From a virus: a stretch of 64,000 bases of DNA. Within the stretch, counting starts at the first letter, position 1, and every line of letters starts with the position of its first letter. The stretch covers positions 58,467 through 122,466 of the IMG/VR virus record IMGVR_UViG_3300023179_000031; one strand, given 5' to 3'. The translations under genes were made by a program, and so were the position numbers. Shown here piece by piece: positions 8,528-18,205 of the stretch. Under the pieces are notes generated by a model that was not told the origin of the DNA, searched no databases, and worked only from the letters and a program-made list of their open reading frames with translations.

Positions 8528-10097
8528 TGTAAATATTGATTATAACTGCAAAAAGACTTGGGGATTGTTTGCTGAAGGCAAGACCAAAGGGATCTTTCAG
8601 CTAGAAAGTAACCTTGGGAAATCATGGTCTAAAAAACTAGCTCCGACAAATCTAGAAGAGCTATCAGCATTGATTGCTATCATTAGGCCGGGAACTCTTA
8701 AAGCATTTGTCGATGGCAAGAGCATGACGCAGCACTATGTTGATAGAAAGCATGGTAGAGAAGAAGTAACTTATTTGCATGAATCTCTAGAAGAAATATT
8801 AAAGCCAACATATGGTGTGCTTGTGTACCAAGAGCAGTCAATGCGTATTGCACAAAAAGTTGCTGGATTTAATCTTCAAGAGGCTGACGTTTTACGCAAG
8901 GCAATCGGTAAGAAAAAGGCCGACCTCATGAATGAAGTAAAGAAGTCATTTATAGAGGGTTCTCAAAAAGTTGGAATAGTTACTAAAGAAGAAGCAGAGC
9001 AAATCTTTGGATGGATCGAAAAGTCTGCACGATATGCTTTTAATAAATCTCATAGCGTTTCATATGCAATGTGTTCGTATTGGAGTGCATATTATAAAGC
9101 GCATTACACTCCTCAGTTTTTTCTATCGTATCTACACTATGCAAATGAAAAGCAAGATCCACATAGAGAAATATATGAGCTTATCTCAGAGGCAAAATTA
9201 TTTGACATTCAATTAAGAACTCCAAATATTACAAATTTTAGTAACAAGTTTGTTCTTAGGGAAAACAATAAGATTTATTTTGGTGTAAAGGATATAAAGT
9301 CATTAACTGGCAAAACCGGCGATGCTCTTGAAGAAGCTATAAAACTAGCAGAGCAAGCATCTGGAAAAAAAATATCATCTTTTTCTTGGTTAGATGTTCT
9401 TGTATTTTTTAGTCCATATGTTAATTCTACATCTTTTAAAGCTTTAGCGTCTGTTGGATTTTTTAGGGGCTTTAAGGAAAAAGTATCTCGCAATAAAGCA
9501 TTGTATGATTATGATATATTTAAGACTTTAACAAAGGCTGAACAGACTTGGATATCAAACAACTACGAAGCTAAAAAGTGGACATCATTCGTAGAGTGCC
9601 TTAAAGACTTGGCACCAACTAAAAAAGAGGGCGGTGGCACAAGCAAAGTTGACAGAAAACAGGCTATTACAAATGAGATACAGCTACTTATTGATCCACC
9701 ATACGATCTTGAAGATGATGCAGGCTGGATTATTGATCAAGAAACAAAGTTCTTAGGTTGTCCGGTAACATTGTCTAGAATTGAAACATCTGATAGCTCT
9801 GCCGCAAACACTACTTGCAAAGAAATTATCAATGGTAAAAAGGGTAAGGATTTGTGTGTTGTGGCAAATATACAAAGGTTATCAGATTATACGATAACCA
9901 AGGGCGAATCAAAGGGGCAAATCATGTCATTTCTAACCATAGAAGATGAATCATGTATGCTTGATAGCGTGATTGTGTTTCCTCAAGTAAAAGAGAAATA
10001 TAGATATGTATTATACGAAGGTAACAATCTAATTTTTTGTGGATCTGTAACAGGTCAAGACAATGCGTTTATTGTCAACAAGATTCATGAAATTTGA
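8517..10097 (+). CDS. dnaE: DNA polymerase III alpha, C-terminal half (fingers, HhH, OB)
   Basis: GIFQLES, RPG, TYGVLVYQEQ, LRKAIGKKK, YAFNKSHSVSY and OB-fold MSFLTIED; ATG at 8517. Confidence 0.93.
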   Translation: MSNNVNIDYNCKKTWGLFAEGKTKGIFQLESNLGKSWSKKLAPTNLEELSALIAIIRPGTLKAFVDGKSMTQHYVDRKHGREEVTYLHESLEEILKPTYGVLVYQEQSMRIAQKVAGFNLQEADVLRKAIGKKKADLMNEVKKSFIEGSQKVGIVTKEEAEQIFGWIEKSARYAFNKSHSVSYAMCSYWSAYYKAHYTPQFFLSYLHYANEKQDPHREIYELISEAKLFDIQLRTPNITNFSNKFVLRENNKIYFGVKDIKSLTGKTGDALEEAIKLAEQASGKKISSFSWLDVLVFFSPYVNSTSFKALASVGFFRGFKEKVSRNKALYDYDIFKTLTKAEQTWISNNYEAKKWTSFVECLKDLAPTKKEGGGTSKVDRKQAITNEIQLLIDPPYDLEDDAGWIIDQETKFLGCPVTLSRIETSDSSAANTTCKEIINGKKGKDLCVVANIQRLSDYTITKGESKGQIMSFLTIEDESCMLDSVIVFPQVKEKYRYVLYEGNNLIFCGSVTGQDNAFIVNKIHEI

Positions 10098-10145
10098 GTT
10101 GTCTTTTTGGCTTGTATCAGCTAATATACAAAGATTGGAGAAGAT

Positions 10146-10460
10146 ATGAATATCTGTTCATTTACGGGTTATCTAGTAGAAAACCCAAAAATTTCTATAA
10201 TAGACAATGTGGTGTTGGCGGAATTTACGATAGTAGTCTATACTTATAGAAGAACCAAAAGCACTGGCGAGAAGAGTAGAACGCCAACTTTTTTAAGATG
10301 CGAAGCTTGGCATACTGGTGCTGAAACTTTAGAAAAATTTGCAACCAAAGGAACCAAGATTACAGTTATAGCATCTGCTAAAAATATTTCCAAAGAAAAT
10401 CGTGGAATAGTTTTTAGAATCAATGAATTCGATCTTTGCAACCAAGATTTTGAGGATTAA
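10146..10460 (+). CDS. ssb: Single-stranded DNA-binding protein (OB fold)
   Basis: MNxCxFTGxL, FLRCEAW..AE, KG and acidic C-tip DFED. Confidence 0.75.
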   Translation: MNICSFTGYLVENPKISIIDNVVLAEFTIVVYTYRRTKSTGEKSRTPTFLRCEAWHTGAETLEKFATKGTKITVIASAKNISKENRGIVFRINEFDLCNQDFED

Positions 10461-10462
10461 TA

Positions 10463-12124
10463 ATGAGAAAGAAAAGGATTCTATTTTGCAGCGAAGCAAC
10501 GTTTCTCAATACTGGATATGCAACATATACTAGAGAAGTATTGAATTATTTGCATGGAACAGGTAAATATGAGTTGGCAGAGCTAGCTGCATATGGCGAA
10601 AGAAATGATCCAAGAGCTAGATCTATTCCTTGGCGTTTTTATGGTGTAACACCGCCAAAAGAAGCTAGCGACGAAGAAAAACAAAGATATGCCTCTATTC
10701 CAACAAATCAGTTTGGAGAATATGCTTTTGAAGGTGTATGTCTAGATTTTCGTCCAGATATAGTTTGTGATATTAGAGACTTCTGGATGTTAGATTTTGC
10801 TGAAAGATCTCCATATAGAAACTTTTTTAAGTGGGCTATTATGCCAACTGTTGATGCTGCACCGCAAGCAAGGCAGTGGATAGCAACATATCAATCTGCT
10901 GATGCATGTTTTACTTATTCAGATTGGGCTGGAGAAGTTCTCAAAAAACAATCTGGTGGATTAATTAATTACTTAGGAAGCGCACCACCTTCTGCTCATG
11001 CTGCTTATCAACCAATTCAAAATACAGATAGCCTAAGAGAATATTTTAATATAGATCCAGATACAAATATTATCGGAACAGTTATGCGTAATCAAAGACG
11101 CAAATTATATCCAGATTTATTTGCTGCATTTAGAATGCTATTAGATAAAGTTGAAGACAAGCATAAGTATATACTATATTGTCATACTAGTTATCCAGAC
11201 ATGGGCTGGGACTTTCCAGAATTACTACAACAATATGAGTTGTCTTCTCATGTTATGTTTACATATGTTTGTCCAGATACTGGAAAGCCATTTCCATCTA
11301 GATTTAGAGGAGCTATAGCACAGTCTCCATTTACTGGAAAGTATAACTGTGCAATGTCAAATGTAAAAACTGGACTTAGCTATGAAGATCTTTCAGTAAT
11401 TATAAATCTATTTGACATATATGTTCAGTATGCTAACTGTGAAGGTTTTGGATTGCCACAAGTTGAGGCTGCTGCCTGTGCAGTTCCAGTAATGGGTACT
11501 GATTATTCAGCGATGGAAAGTGTACTAAGGCAACTTGGCGGTATTCCAATTAAGCCAAAGGCTCTATACAAAGAGCTTGAAACAGGATGTTTTAGAGCAG
11601 TTCCAGACAATGAATTAGCTGCACAAAAGCTATTTGAGTTTTTCCAGCAACCAAAAAATCTAAGAAAAAGAATGGGATTTAATACAAGACAGGCATTTTT
11701 AGAACATTTCCAATGGGATAAAACTGGATCAATGTGGGAAAACTATTTTGATAGTGTTGAGATTCAGCCAGAAGAAAAAACTTGGAAGTCTTTTCCTCGT
11801 ATTAATTATCCAAAGCCAAAACCACGGCAGCTTCCAGAAGGTATTTCCCATGAAGAGTTATCCAAGTGGCTAATAACAGATGTTCTCTGTGAACCAGAAA
11901 AAGTTAATTCTTTTATGCACGCTAGATTAACAAGAGATTTAATGTATAGATGCTCTACCGCAACAACCGGTGGAATGTATTTCAATGAAAGTTCTGCAAA
12001 TTTTGATGCTAAAAACATAAGGAACCCATTTAATTTTGATATGGCGTATGAACATATGGCTGCTTTGTGTCATAGAAGAAATAATTGGGAACAAAAAAGA
12101 GCGGAGGCGTTTGGTCTATCATGA
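10463..12124 (+). CDS. GT-B (GT4) glycosyltransferase
   Basis: TGYA, RNQRRK and EGFGLPQVEAAAC. Confidence 0.9.
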   Translation: MRKKRILFCSEATFLNTGYATYTREVLNYLHGTGKYELAELAAYGERNDPRARSIPWRFYGVTPPKEASDEEKQRYASIPTNQFGEYAFEGVCLDFRPDIVCDIRDFWMLDFAERSPYRNFFKWAIMPTVDAAPQARQWIATYQSADACFTYSDWAGEVLKKQSGGLINYLGSAPPSAHAAYQPIQNTDSLREYFNIDPDTNIIGTVMRNQRRKLYPDLFAAFRMLLDKVEDKHKYILYCHTSYPDMGWDFPELLQQYELSSHVMFTYVCPDTGKPFPSRFRGAIAQSPFTGKYNCAMSNVKTGLSYEDLSVIINLFDIYVQYANCEGFGLPQVEAAACAVPVMGTDYSAMESVLRQLGGIPIKPKALYKELETGCFRAVPDNELAAQKLFEFFQQPKNLRKRMGFNTRQAFLEHFQWDKTGSMWENYFDSVEIQPEEKTWKSFPRINYPKPKPRQLPEGISHEELSKWLITDVLCEPEKVNSFMHARLTRDLMYRCSTATTGGMYFNESSANFDAKNIRNPFNFDMAYEHMAALCHRRNNWEQKRAEAFGLS

Positions 12125-13233
12125 AAATATTGTATATAGCACATTACAAAGAGGGTAGTGGGTGGTCTAGGGCTGCTCTAGATTATATCTTAGCTTTAGA
12201 TCAAAATGGTTTTGATGTAGTTTGTAGGAATGTACAGTTAACATCTACTGAGCATCCCGTACCAGAGAGAATACATGAATTAGAATCTAAACCTTTAACT
12301 GGGGTTGATGTTTGCATACAGCATCTTCTTCCTCATCATATGATTGGGACTAAAAAATTCAAAAAAAATATCGGCGTTTTTGTTAGCGAGACAGATAGTA
12401 TAAAACACACATCTTGGTTTACATTTCTAGCAAACGTTGATCAAATTTGGGTTCCAAATTCTGATAATAAACTAAGGCTAACTACGGATGGTTTTAAAAA
12501 TGTTGAAGTTGTTCCATACGCTTTTGATCTATCAAATTATAAAGACAGGCCAAAAATAAATCTTTATAGTGCTAACAATAAGTTCAAGTTTTATTATATT
12601 GGCGATCTAAATGATAGAAAGAATTTAGCAGGAATTATAAGGGCATTTAATAGTGAGTTTTGTAATGGTGAGCCAGTAAGTCTAGTTATTAAAATAAGAA
12701 AGTATGGCGTACAACCAAAGCAATTGCATGATGCTTTCGTGAAGTTTTCTCAGCAGATAAAATCTCAGTTAAGAATTCATAAGAAGCTAGAACACTATCC
12801 ATCAGAGATAGTAATAACAGCAGATGCTGGAGATGATGTTATACATAGTTTACATAATACATGTGATTGTTTTGTTGGTCTTTCTCATGGCGAAGGCTGG
12901 TCTATACCAGCGTTTGAATCAATGTGCTATGGTAAAACTCCCATATGTAGCAATGAAGGTGGACCAAAAGAATTTATAGACGCTAATGATATTAATACCG
13001 GCTCTTTAATTGATGGGGTATACTCTGTCTGTTCTCAGAATGATCCAGCTTTTGGCGATATTTTTACAGGTAGAGAAAACTGGTTTCAACCAAGCGAACA
13101 ATTAGCCAAAAAAGCTATGAGGTTTTACTACGAAAATTCTCACAAGATAGATAGATCTATCGGATTAAAAACAGCAGAAAAGTTTAGTTATCAAAATATA
13201 GCTAAGAAAATAAAGGATGTTCTAGATGAGTAA
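12121..13233 (+). CDS. GT-B (GT4) glycosyltransferase
   Basis: SGWS, RKN and EGWSIPAFESMCYG; ATGA overlap with upstream gene. Confidence 0.9.
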   Translation: MKILYIAHYKEGSGWSRAALDYILALDQNGFDVVCRNVQLTSTEHPVPERIHELESKPLTGVDVCIQHLLPHHMIGTKKFKKNIGVFVSETDSIKHTSWFTFLANVDQIWVPNSDNKLRLTTDGFKNVEVVPYAFDLSNYKDRPKINLYSANNKFKFYYIGDLNDRKNLAGIIRAFNSEFCNGEPVSLVIKIRKYGVQPKQLHDAFVKFSQQIKSQLRIHKKLEHYPSEIVITADAGDDVIHSLHNTCDCFVGLSHGEGWSIPAFESMCYGKTPICSNEGGPKEFIDANDINTGSLIDGVYSVCSQNDPAFGDIFTGRENWFQPSEQLAKKAMRFYYENSHKIDRSIGLKTAEKFSYQNIAKKIKDVLDE

Positions 13234-14212
13234 AGTAAAAAGAATTATAGATTTAGCTAATAGGGAAGTTGATAATAAGATATATAACATCTTAACATTC
13301 CCAACACATGAAAGATACGAAACACAGTTAGCAAAAACTGGACATAATTTTTATGCTCTAAATATTAAGGATGCAAAAAAGTGGAATGAGGGTCAGACCC
13401 CGATCCCTATAAACTATCATATGCTACCAGAAAACAAGATATGTGAATTTTTGAATTATGATTTCATCTTGGTGCAAAGTAGATATTGGCAGTATGAAAT
13501 TGCTTCTAATATTAATAGAAGTTTGCAGCTTCCAATGATCGTATTGGATCACACTTTGCCACCAGAACTTTCAGAAAATCAACTAGAAGTATTAAGAAGT
13601 ATGTACGGAAATGTTAATGTTTTTATATCTGAGTTTTCACAAAACTCTTGGAACATCAACGCCAACTCTTTAGTAATTCATCATGGGATTGATAGTAACT
13701 TATTTAGTCCAAAAAATATTAAAAAAAATAAGTATGTCTTGACGGTTGCAAACGATTTCATCAAAAGAAATTACTGTCTTCATTATGACCTATGGTGTGA
13801 ATTAACCGATGGACTTGATAGCAGAGTTGTTGGAGAGACAGAGGGTTTATCCAAATCAGCTTCATCTATCGATGAGCTAGTTGAAGAATATAACAAATGT
13901 CAAGTATATTTTAATACATCAACAACCCCAATTCCTATGTCATTACTTGAAGCAATGTCGTGTGGGTGTGCTGTAGTTACTGTCAACGCTAGCATGATGC
14001 CAGAGATCATTAAAAATGGCGTCAATGGATTTATTACCAACGATAAAGATGAGCTTAAGAAATATCTAGTTGAAATTTTGAATAATGATGATCTCAGGGA
14101 AACTCTAGGCAATAATGCTAGAAAAACAATACTAGAGAAATTTTCTGAACAAGCTTTTATCGACAAATGGAATTCAGTCTTTGATAATATTTATGAGGTA
14201 TCAACACTATGA
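13226..14212 (+). CDS. GT-B (GT4) glycosyltransferase
   Basis: HGID and PMSLLEAMSCGCAVV..EIIKNGVNG. Confidence 0.9.
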   Translation: MSKVKRIIDLANREVDNKIYNILTFPTHERYETQLAKTGHNFYALNIKDAKKWNEGQTPIPINYHMLPENKICEFLNYDFILVQSRYWQYEIASNINRSLQLPMIVLDHTLPPELSENQLEVLRSMYGNVNVFISEFSQNSWNINANSLVIHHGIDSNLFSPKNIKKNKYVLTVANDFIKRNYCLHYDLWCELTDGLDSRVVGETEGLSKSASSIDELVEEYNKCQVYFNTSTTPIPMSLLEAMSCGCAVVTVNASMMPEIIKNGVNGFITNDKDELKKYLVEILNNDDLRETLGNNARKTILEKFSEQAFIDKWNSVFDNIYEVSTL

Positions 14213-14640
14213 AAATACAGATTGTTAACAACGACAATGAGTCTATAGATGGGTTTATTGCTCTAAAAATTAGCGACAATATTAAGCAAGATCTTGGCAA
14301 GATTGTGGATAATTCTTGTACTGAGCTTTTGGTATTAGATGTCATTAATTCTTTCAAATATAATGAATCAATAGAATTTTTACTCACTCTACTAAAAAAG
14401 GTAAGAATAAATGGGAATATACTCTTAAAAGGAGTTAGCTCGCTATCACTATCTCATGCAATTCTTAATGAGTTAATAAACTCTGAAGAAGGTAGCAGTG
14501 TAATTGAGAATATCAAGTCTATTCATGATCATAGAGATATTGTCAATTTACTAGAGGCTAATAACTTCACTGTTAATACTATAATGCTTGGTGGCGTATC
14601 ATATGAATTAGGGGCAACAAGGTCTAAAAATGTATCATGA
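14209..14640 (+). CDS. Methyltransferase-like protein, apparently degenerate
   Basis: DNSCTELLVLDVIN..LLKKVRINGNILL resembles class I MTase motifs II-III; no GxG motif I. Confidence 0.4.
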   Translation: MKIQIVNNDNESIDGFIALKISDNIKQDLGKIVDNSCTELLVLDVINSFKYNESIEFLLTLLKKVRINGNILLKGVSSLSLSHAILNELINSEEGSSVIENIKSIHDHRDIVNLLEANNFTVNTIMLGGVSYELGATRSKNVS

Positions 14641-15377
14641 TTTCGAAGAACAAATTTATTACATCACCAAAGGCTTCTAAAGTAGCTGATGCGAAACCTT
14701 TAGTTACAGTAATATTATTATGCGATAATCCCGGATATAGAATGAAATCTTATGGTCCAGCTTCATTAATTTCATTTAAGAATAAGAGATTAATAGATCT
14801 ACAAATAGATGCTATAAAAAAGGTGTTTAGCAATTATGAGATTATAGTATGTGCTGGATTTGATGCTGATAAAGTATGCAAATATATAAAGCAAAAGTAT
14901 AAAAACAGTAATATAAGGATAGTAGAAAATCAAATATTTTCTAGCTCAAATTCTTGTGAAAGCGCTAGATTATCGCTAAATAATACTAATAATGATCGTA
15001 TTCTTATTTGTGATGGCAGTTTGTATTTTACGCATCAAACACTAGAACAAATAAACCTAAATGAATCAAGCGTTTTTACTGAGATTTGTAAACAGGATAA
15101 TTTAGAGGTTGGCGTAAACGTAAATGAGCATGGTATCATTGAGCATTTTTCTTTTGGTGCAAATCATACTTGGTCTGAGATTTGTTTTTTACAAAACCAT
15201 GAGTCCATAGAATCATTAAGAAGAATACTAACATCTTTTGACAAAAGCAAATTTGTGTTTGAAGCATTGAATGACCTAATACAAACCAAGCATACACTAA
15301 AAAGAATTATTAATGAATACAGTCTACACAAGATAAATAATTTGAAGATTTATCATCAGCTAAAGGAAGAAATATGA
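14637..15377 (+). CDS. Sugar/choline-phosphate nucleotidyltransferase-like protein (NTP_transf family)
   Basis: VILL..PGYRMKSYGP.SL, GF.AD, EN..F..SNS and DG. Confidence 0.7.
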   Translation: MISKNKFITSPKASKVADAKPLVTVILLCDNPGYRMKSYGPASLISFKNKRLIDLQIDAIKKVFSNYEIIVCAGFDADKVCKYIKQKYKNSNIRIVENQIFSSSNSCESARLSLNNTNNDRILICDGSLYFTHQTLEQINLNESSVFTEICKQDNLEVGVNVNEHGIIEHFSFGANHTWSEICFLQNHESIESLRRILTSFDKSKFVFEALNDLIQTKHTLKRIINEYSLHKINNLKIYHQLKEEI

Positions 15378-16231
15378 AATTTTTAATAGAGAATTATGCC
15401 GGTTATGATTCAACGCAGGCATTGTATTTTCATCAACATATAAATAATTATGAAGAACATTCTGCATTAATTAGACAAAATAACATGAGTCTCTTCGACT
15501 CGTTTGACACTATTGAGCCAGATGTTTACTTATGTTCCGCCCAAAAACTTTCAAAAGACGCTTTATTATACATCAAGCAAAATCCAGATAAAGATATAAA
15601 GTTAATAGTTTGTGTGGATGGAATTTCTGATGATGATATTCAATCTATAGATGGGGCAATAAAAAAGAGTGGCGTTAATTGTCATTTCTTCTTTACTTCT
15701 TCAAACGTATCAAATAAAATAAGAACTAGGTTGGTTCAGATTAGAAATGGTGTCGATATTAATTTGCAGCCATCTCTTAAAATAGACTACAATATTCAAA
15801 AAGCCATTATTGTGAATAAGGTTACAAAGATTAGAAACTATGATGGCACATTTCATGTTATATCAAATAATCCACAGCTAAAAGATAGCGTAGACTTTTA
15901 TCTACCAATTACCATGTTGGCATCGATTTATTCAAAATATGATGAGATAATATTTACAGATATACAAGAAAATTTGTCTCAATGCTTTTTTGATGCTATT
16001 TATCATGGTAAAAAGGTTTATTACGATATAGTAGATGAAGATCAATCTAAAAAAGCTGATGAAATCATTGATTTAATTCTAAAGGTTGGCAATGGATTAA
16101 ATTACAATAATCCTAATAAATTGATAGATTTTACAGATTTAAAAAAATATGTAATAGATAAACATTCATCAATTAATAGAACAAAAACCTTATTATCTCA
16201 ATTGCCACAGAAAGTAAAACAAAATGCTTGA
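15374..16231 (+). CDS. Hypothetical protein in glycosylation cluster (possibly divergent GT-B)
   Basis: Translationally coupled ORF; FFDAIYHGKKV and C-terminal KH...NR are reminiscent of GT-B ends. Confidence 0.55.
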   Translation: MKFLIENYAGYDSTQALYFHQHINNYEEHSALIRQNNMSLFDSFDTIEPDVYLCSAQKLSKDALLYIKQNPDKDIKLIVCVDGISDDDIQSIDGAIKKSGVNCHFFFTSSNVSNKIRTRLVQIRNGVDINLQPSLKIDYNIQKAIIVNKVTKIRNYDGTFHVISNNPQLKDSVDFYLPITMLASIYSKYDEIIFTDIQENLSQCFFDAIYHGKKVYYDIVDEDQSKKADEIIDLILKVGNGLNYNNPNKLIDFTDLKKYVIDKHSSINRTKTLLSQLPQKVKQNA

Positions 16232-17000
16232 TAGTAACCTTTTTTCGGTACACCTTCACCTGTATTATAAAGAGCCATCAATATCTCTTCTTAACGCAAT
16301 AAGAAAAGGATGGGATGGAAAAGTATACATATCTGTAGTAACGGGCAATGAGAATAATGATGATATAATAAAGGTGGCAAAAGAGCTTTTTAAAGAAGTT
16401 ATTGTTGTAGAAAATGAAAACAGAGGCAACGACCAATATGGATTTTATAAGTCTTTCAAGAAAAATAATGATGAAACAGACTGGATTTTTTATGCACATG
16501 ACAAACATGAAAGTAAAATGGATTGGATGCATGAGCTAATAGCCCCCATGGTAAAACACACAGAAGCTATTAATCATTTAGCTAGTCAAGAAAAAATTGG
16601 TTTAATAGCTACAAAAACTGAACAATATACGTTCATTCAAATGACTGAAGAACAATTAAATCACTTAGGTGATAGTTGTTCTCCAGAAGAAAGAATTAAA
16701 ATCATACAATCTAAACAAACGCTTGTGTGGCTTAGAGAGCTACAGAGAGCTTTAGTAAAACAAAATGATCTTCAAAATATACATGATCCAAATTCATTAG
16801 TTTTCGTTGCTGGAAATATATTTTTAATCAGAAGAAGCATATTGCAAAAATGTCACAATTGTTTGCATGAAAACTTTTTTGATAGATATTATAGACCAGA
16901 TGGTGATGTTGGTCATGGACTAGAAAGATTCTATTTCTATGCGCCGCTATGTTTAAATTTCAATGTACAACTGGTTGGAGAGGAAGAAAATAATGATTAA
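16224..17000 (+). CDS. RgpF (rhamnan synthesis F)-like protein
   Basis: VHLHLYY, ENRGND, HDK, FVAGNIF and HGLER motifs. Confidence 0.75.
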   Translation: MLDSNLFSVHLHLYYKEPSISLLNAIRKGWDGKVYISVVTGNENNDDIIKVAKELFKEVIVVENENRGNDQYGFYKSFKKNNDETDWIFYAHDKHESKMDWMHELIAPMVKHTEAINHLASQEKIGLIATKTEQYTFIQMTEEQLNHLGDSCSPEERIKIIQSKQTLVWLRELQRALVKQNDLQNIHDPNSLVFVAGNIFLIRRSILQKCHNCLHENFFDRYYRPDGDVGHGLERFYFYAPLCLNFNVQLVGEEENND

Positions 17001-17436
17001 TTTAGGAATATATTTACCACATCTTGGCGACAAGGTTCTGCTAGAACAATGCGTTAAAGAGATCAACAGGGGCAAAGAAAATAATTTAATATCTGATGCT
17101 AGTATTTTTTTTGATAATATTGGCGTAATAGATACTCCGATAAGCTGTGGTATATTTAATTCTACAGACTTATGGAACTTTCGTGGAAAGCTTTTAATGT
17201 TATCGGTAGAATGCGCTATTAAAACACTAAATATCATTAATGATATAGACATGTACTTTGGGTATGGATGGGGGGATAAAAATGTTTTTGCCACACTGAG
17301 TATAGTAGAACACGAAAAAATTCAAGCAATATGCAGGGTAAAAGAGCTTGAAGATGATTTTTACAGGATTACTGGAAAACGTAGCATAGGTCATTCTGAA
17401 AACTTAGAGGGTGTCATTGAGCTAATGACAAAATAA
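16993..17436 (+). CDS. Hypothetical protein
   Basis: Coupled ORF with GAGG RBS at the end of the glycosylation cluster. Confidence 0.6.
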   Translation: MINLGIYLPHLGDKVLLEQCVKEINRGKENNLISDASIFFDNIGVIDTPISCGIFNSTDLWNFRGKLLMLSVECAIKTLNIINDIDMYFGYGWGDKNVFATLSIVEHEKIQAICRVKELEDDFYRITGKRSIGHSENLEGVIELMTK

Positions 17437-17437
17437 A

Positions 17438-18205
17438 ATGAATCAGAAACAGATTGTAGACTTATATACCAAAGAAAATAAAAGCACATATGAAATAGCA
17501 GAAATGCTACATACTTATCCAAATAAAATCCGTAGAATTCTAATTAAGAACGGGGTTGAAATTAAAGACAAGAGTCAAGCTCAAAAGAATGCTATTATTA
17601 AAGGTACAGCAAAAATACCAACACAAGGATTACACAGAACACAAGAAGAAAAACTAAAAATAAGCGAGAGCTTAAGAAAAAATTGGGAAAATATGGGAGA
17701 GTATGAGTACAATCAGAGGGTTGACAAAGCTAGAAGCAGATGGCATAATATGGAAGAGTCTGAGAAGGATCGTATCCTAGCATTGGCTATCAAGGGTGTT
17801 CAGATTGCTGGCAAAGAGGGATCAAAACTCGAAAAGTTTATTCAGCGAGAATTAACTAAAGAAGGATATAAAGTTGATTTTCATAAGAAGCAATTAATAG
17901 CAAATGAAAATCTAGAAATAGATATATCTTTACCAGAGATAAAAACGATTATTGAGATTGATGGTCCATCACACTTTTTGCCGATTTGGGGAGAAGAAAA
18001 GTTGCAAAAACAAATTCGTTCCGACTCGCACAAGACGGGGTTGATTTTGAGCAAGGGATGGGCTATAATCAGAGTGAAGAACCTGTCGGACACTGTTGCA
18101 TTGAGTGCTAAAGAGCATCTTAAAAATCAGTTGATTACGCTGTTGAATAATATCAAAACCAAGTTTCCAGATAAATCAGAAAGGTATATTGAGATAGAAA
18201 TATGA
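17438..18205 (+). CDS. DUF559/Vsr-like endonuclease with HTH and NUMOD3-like region (probable homing endonuclease)
   Basis: STYEIAEML HTH, HRTQEEKLKISES, SKLE and EID..IIEIDGPSH..GWAIIRV. Confidence 0.75.
   Translation: MNQKQIVDLYTKENKSTYEIAEMLHTYPNKIRRILIKNGVEIKDKSQAQKNAIIKGTAKIPTQGLHRTQEEKLKISESLRKNWENMGEYEYNQRVDKARSRWHNMEESEKDRILALAIKGVQIAGKEGSKLEKFIQRELTKEGYKVDFHKKQLIANENLEIDISLPEIKTIIEIDGPSHFLPIWGEEKLQKQIRSDSHKTGLILSKGWAIIRVKNLSDTVALSAKEHLKNQLITLLNNIKTKFPDKSERYIEIEI

Noticed and set aside
7050-8600. Split intein or group I intron rejoining DnaE
   Set aside because: No intein terminal motifs on either half; the gaps are 36 bp or overlapping, leaving no room for a ribozyme core; the interval holds an intact exonuclease gene
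10463-17436. DNA hypermodification as the definite role of the GT cluster
   Set aside because: No hydroxymethylase, thymidylate-synthase-like or TET/JBP gene in the window, and restriction-site avoidance argues against it; it cannot be excluded without the rest of the genome
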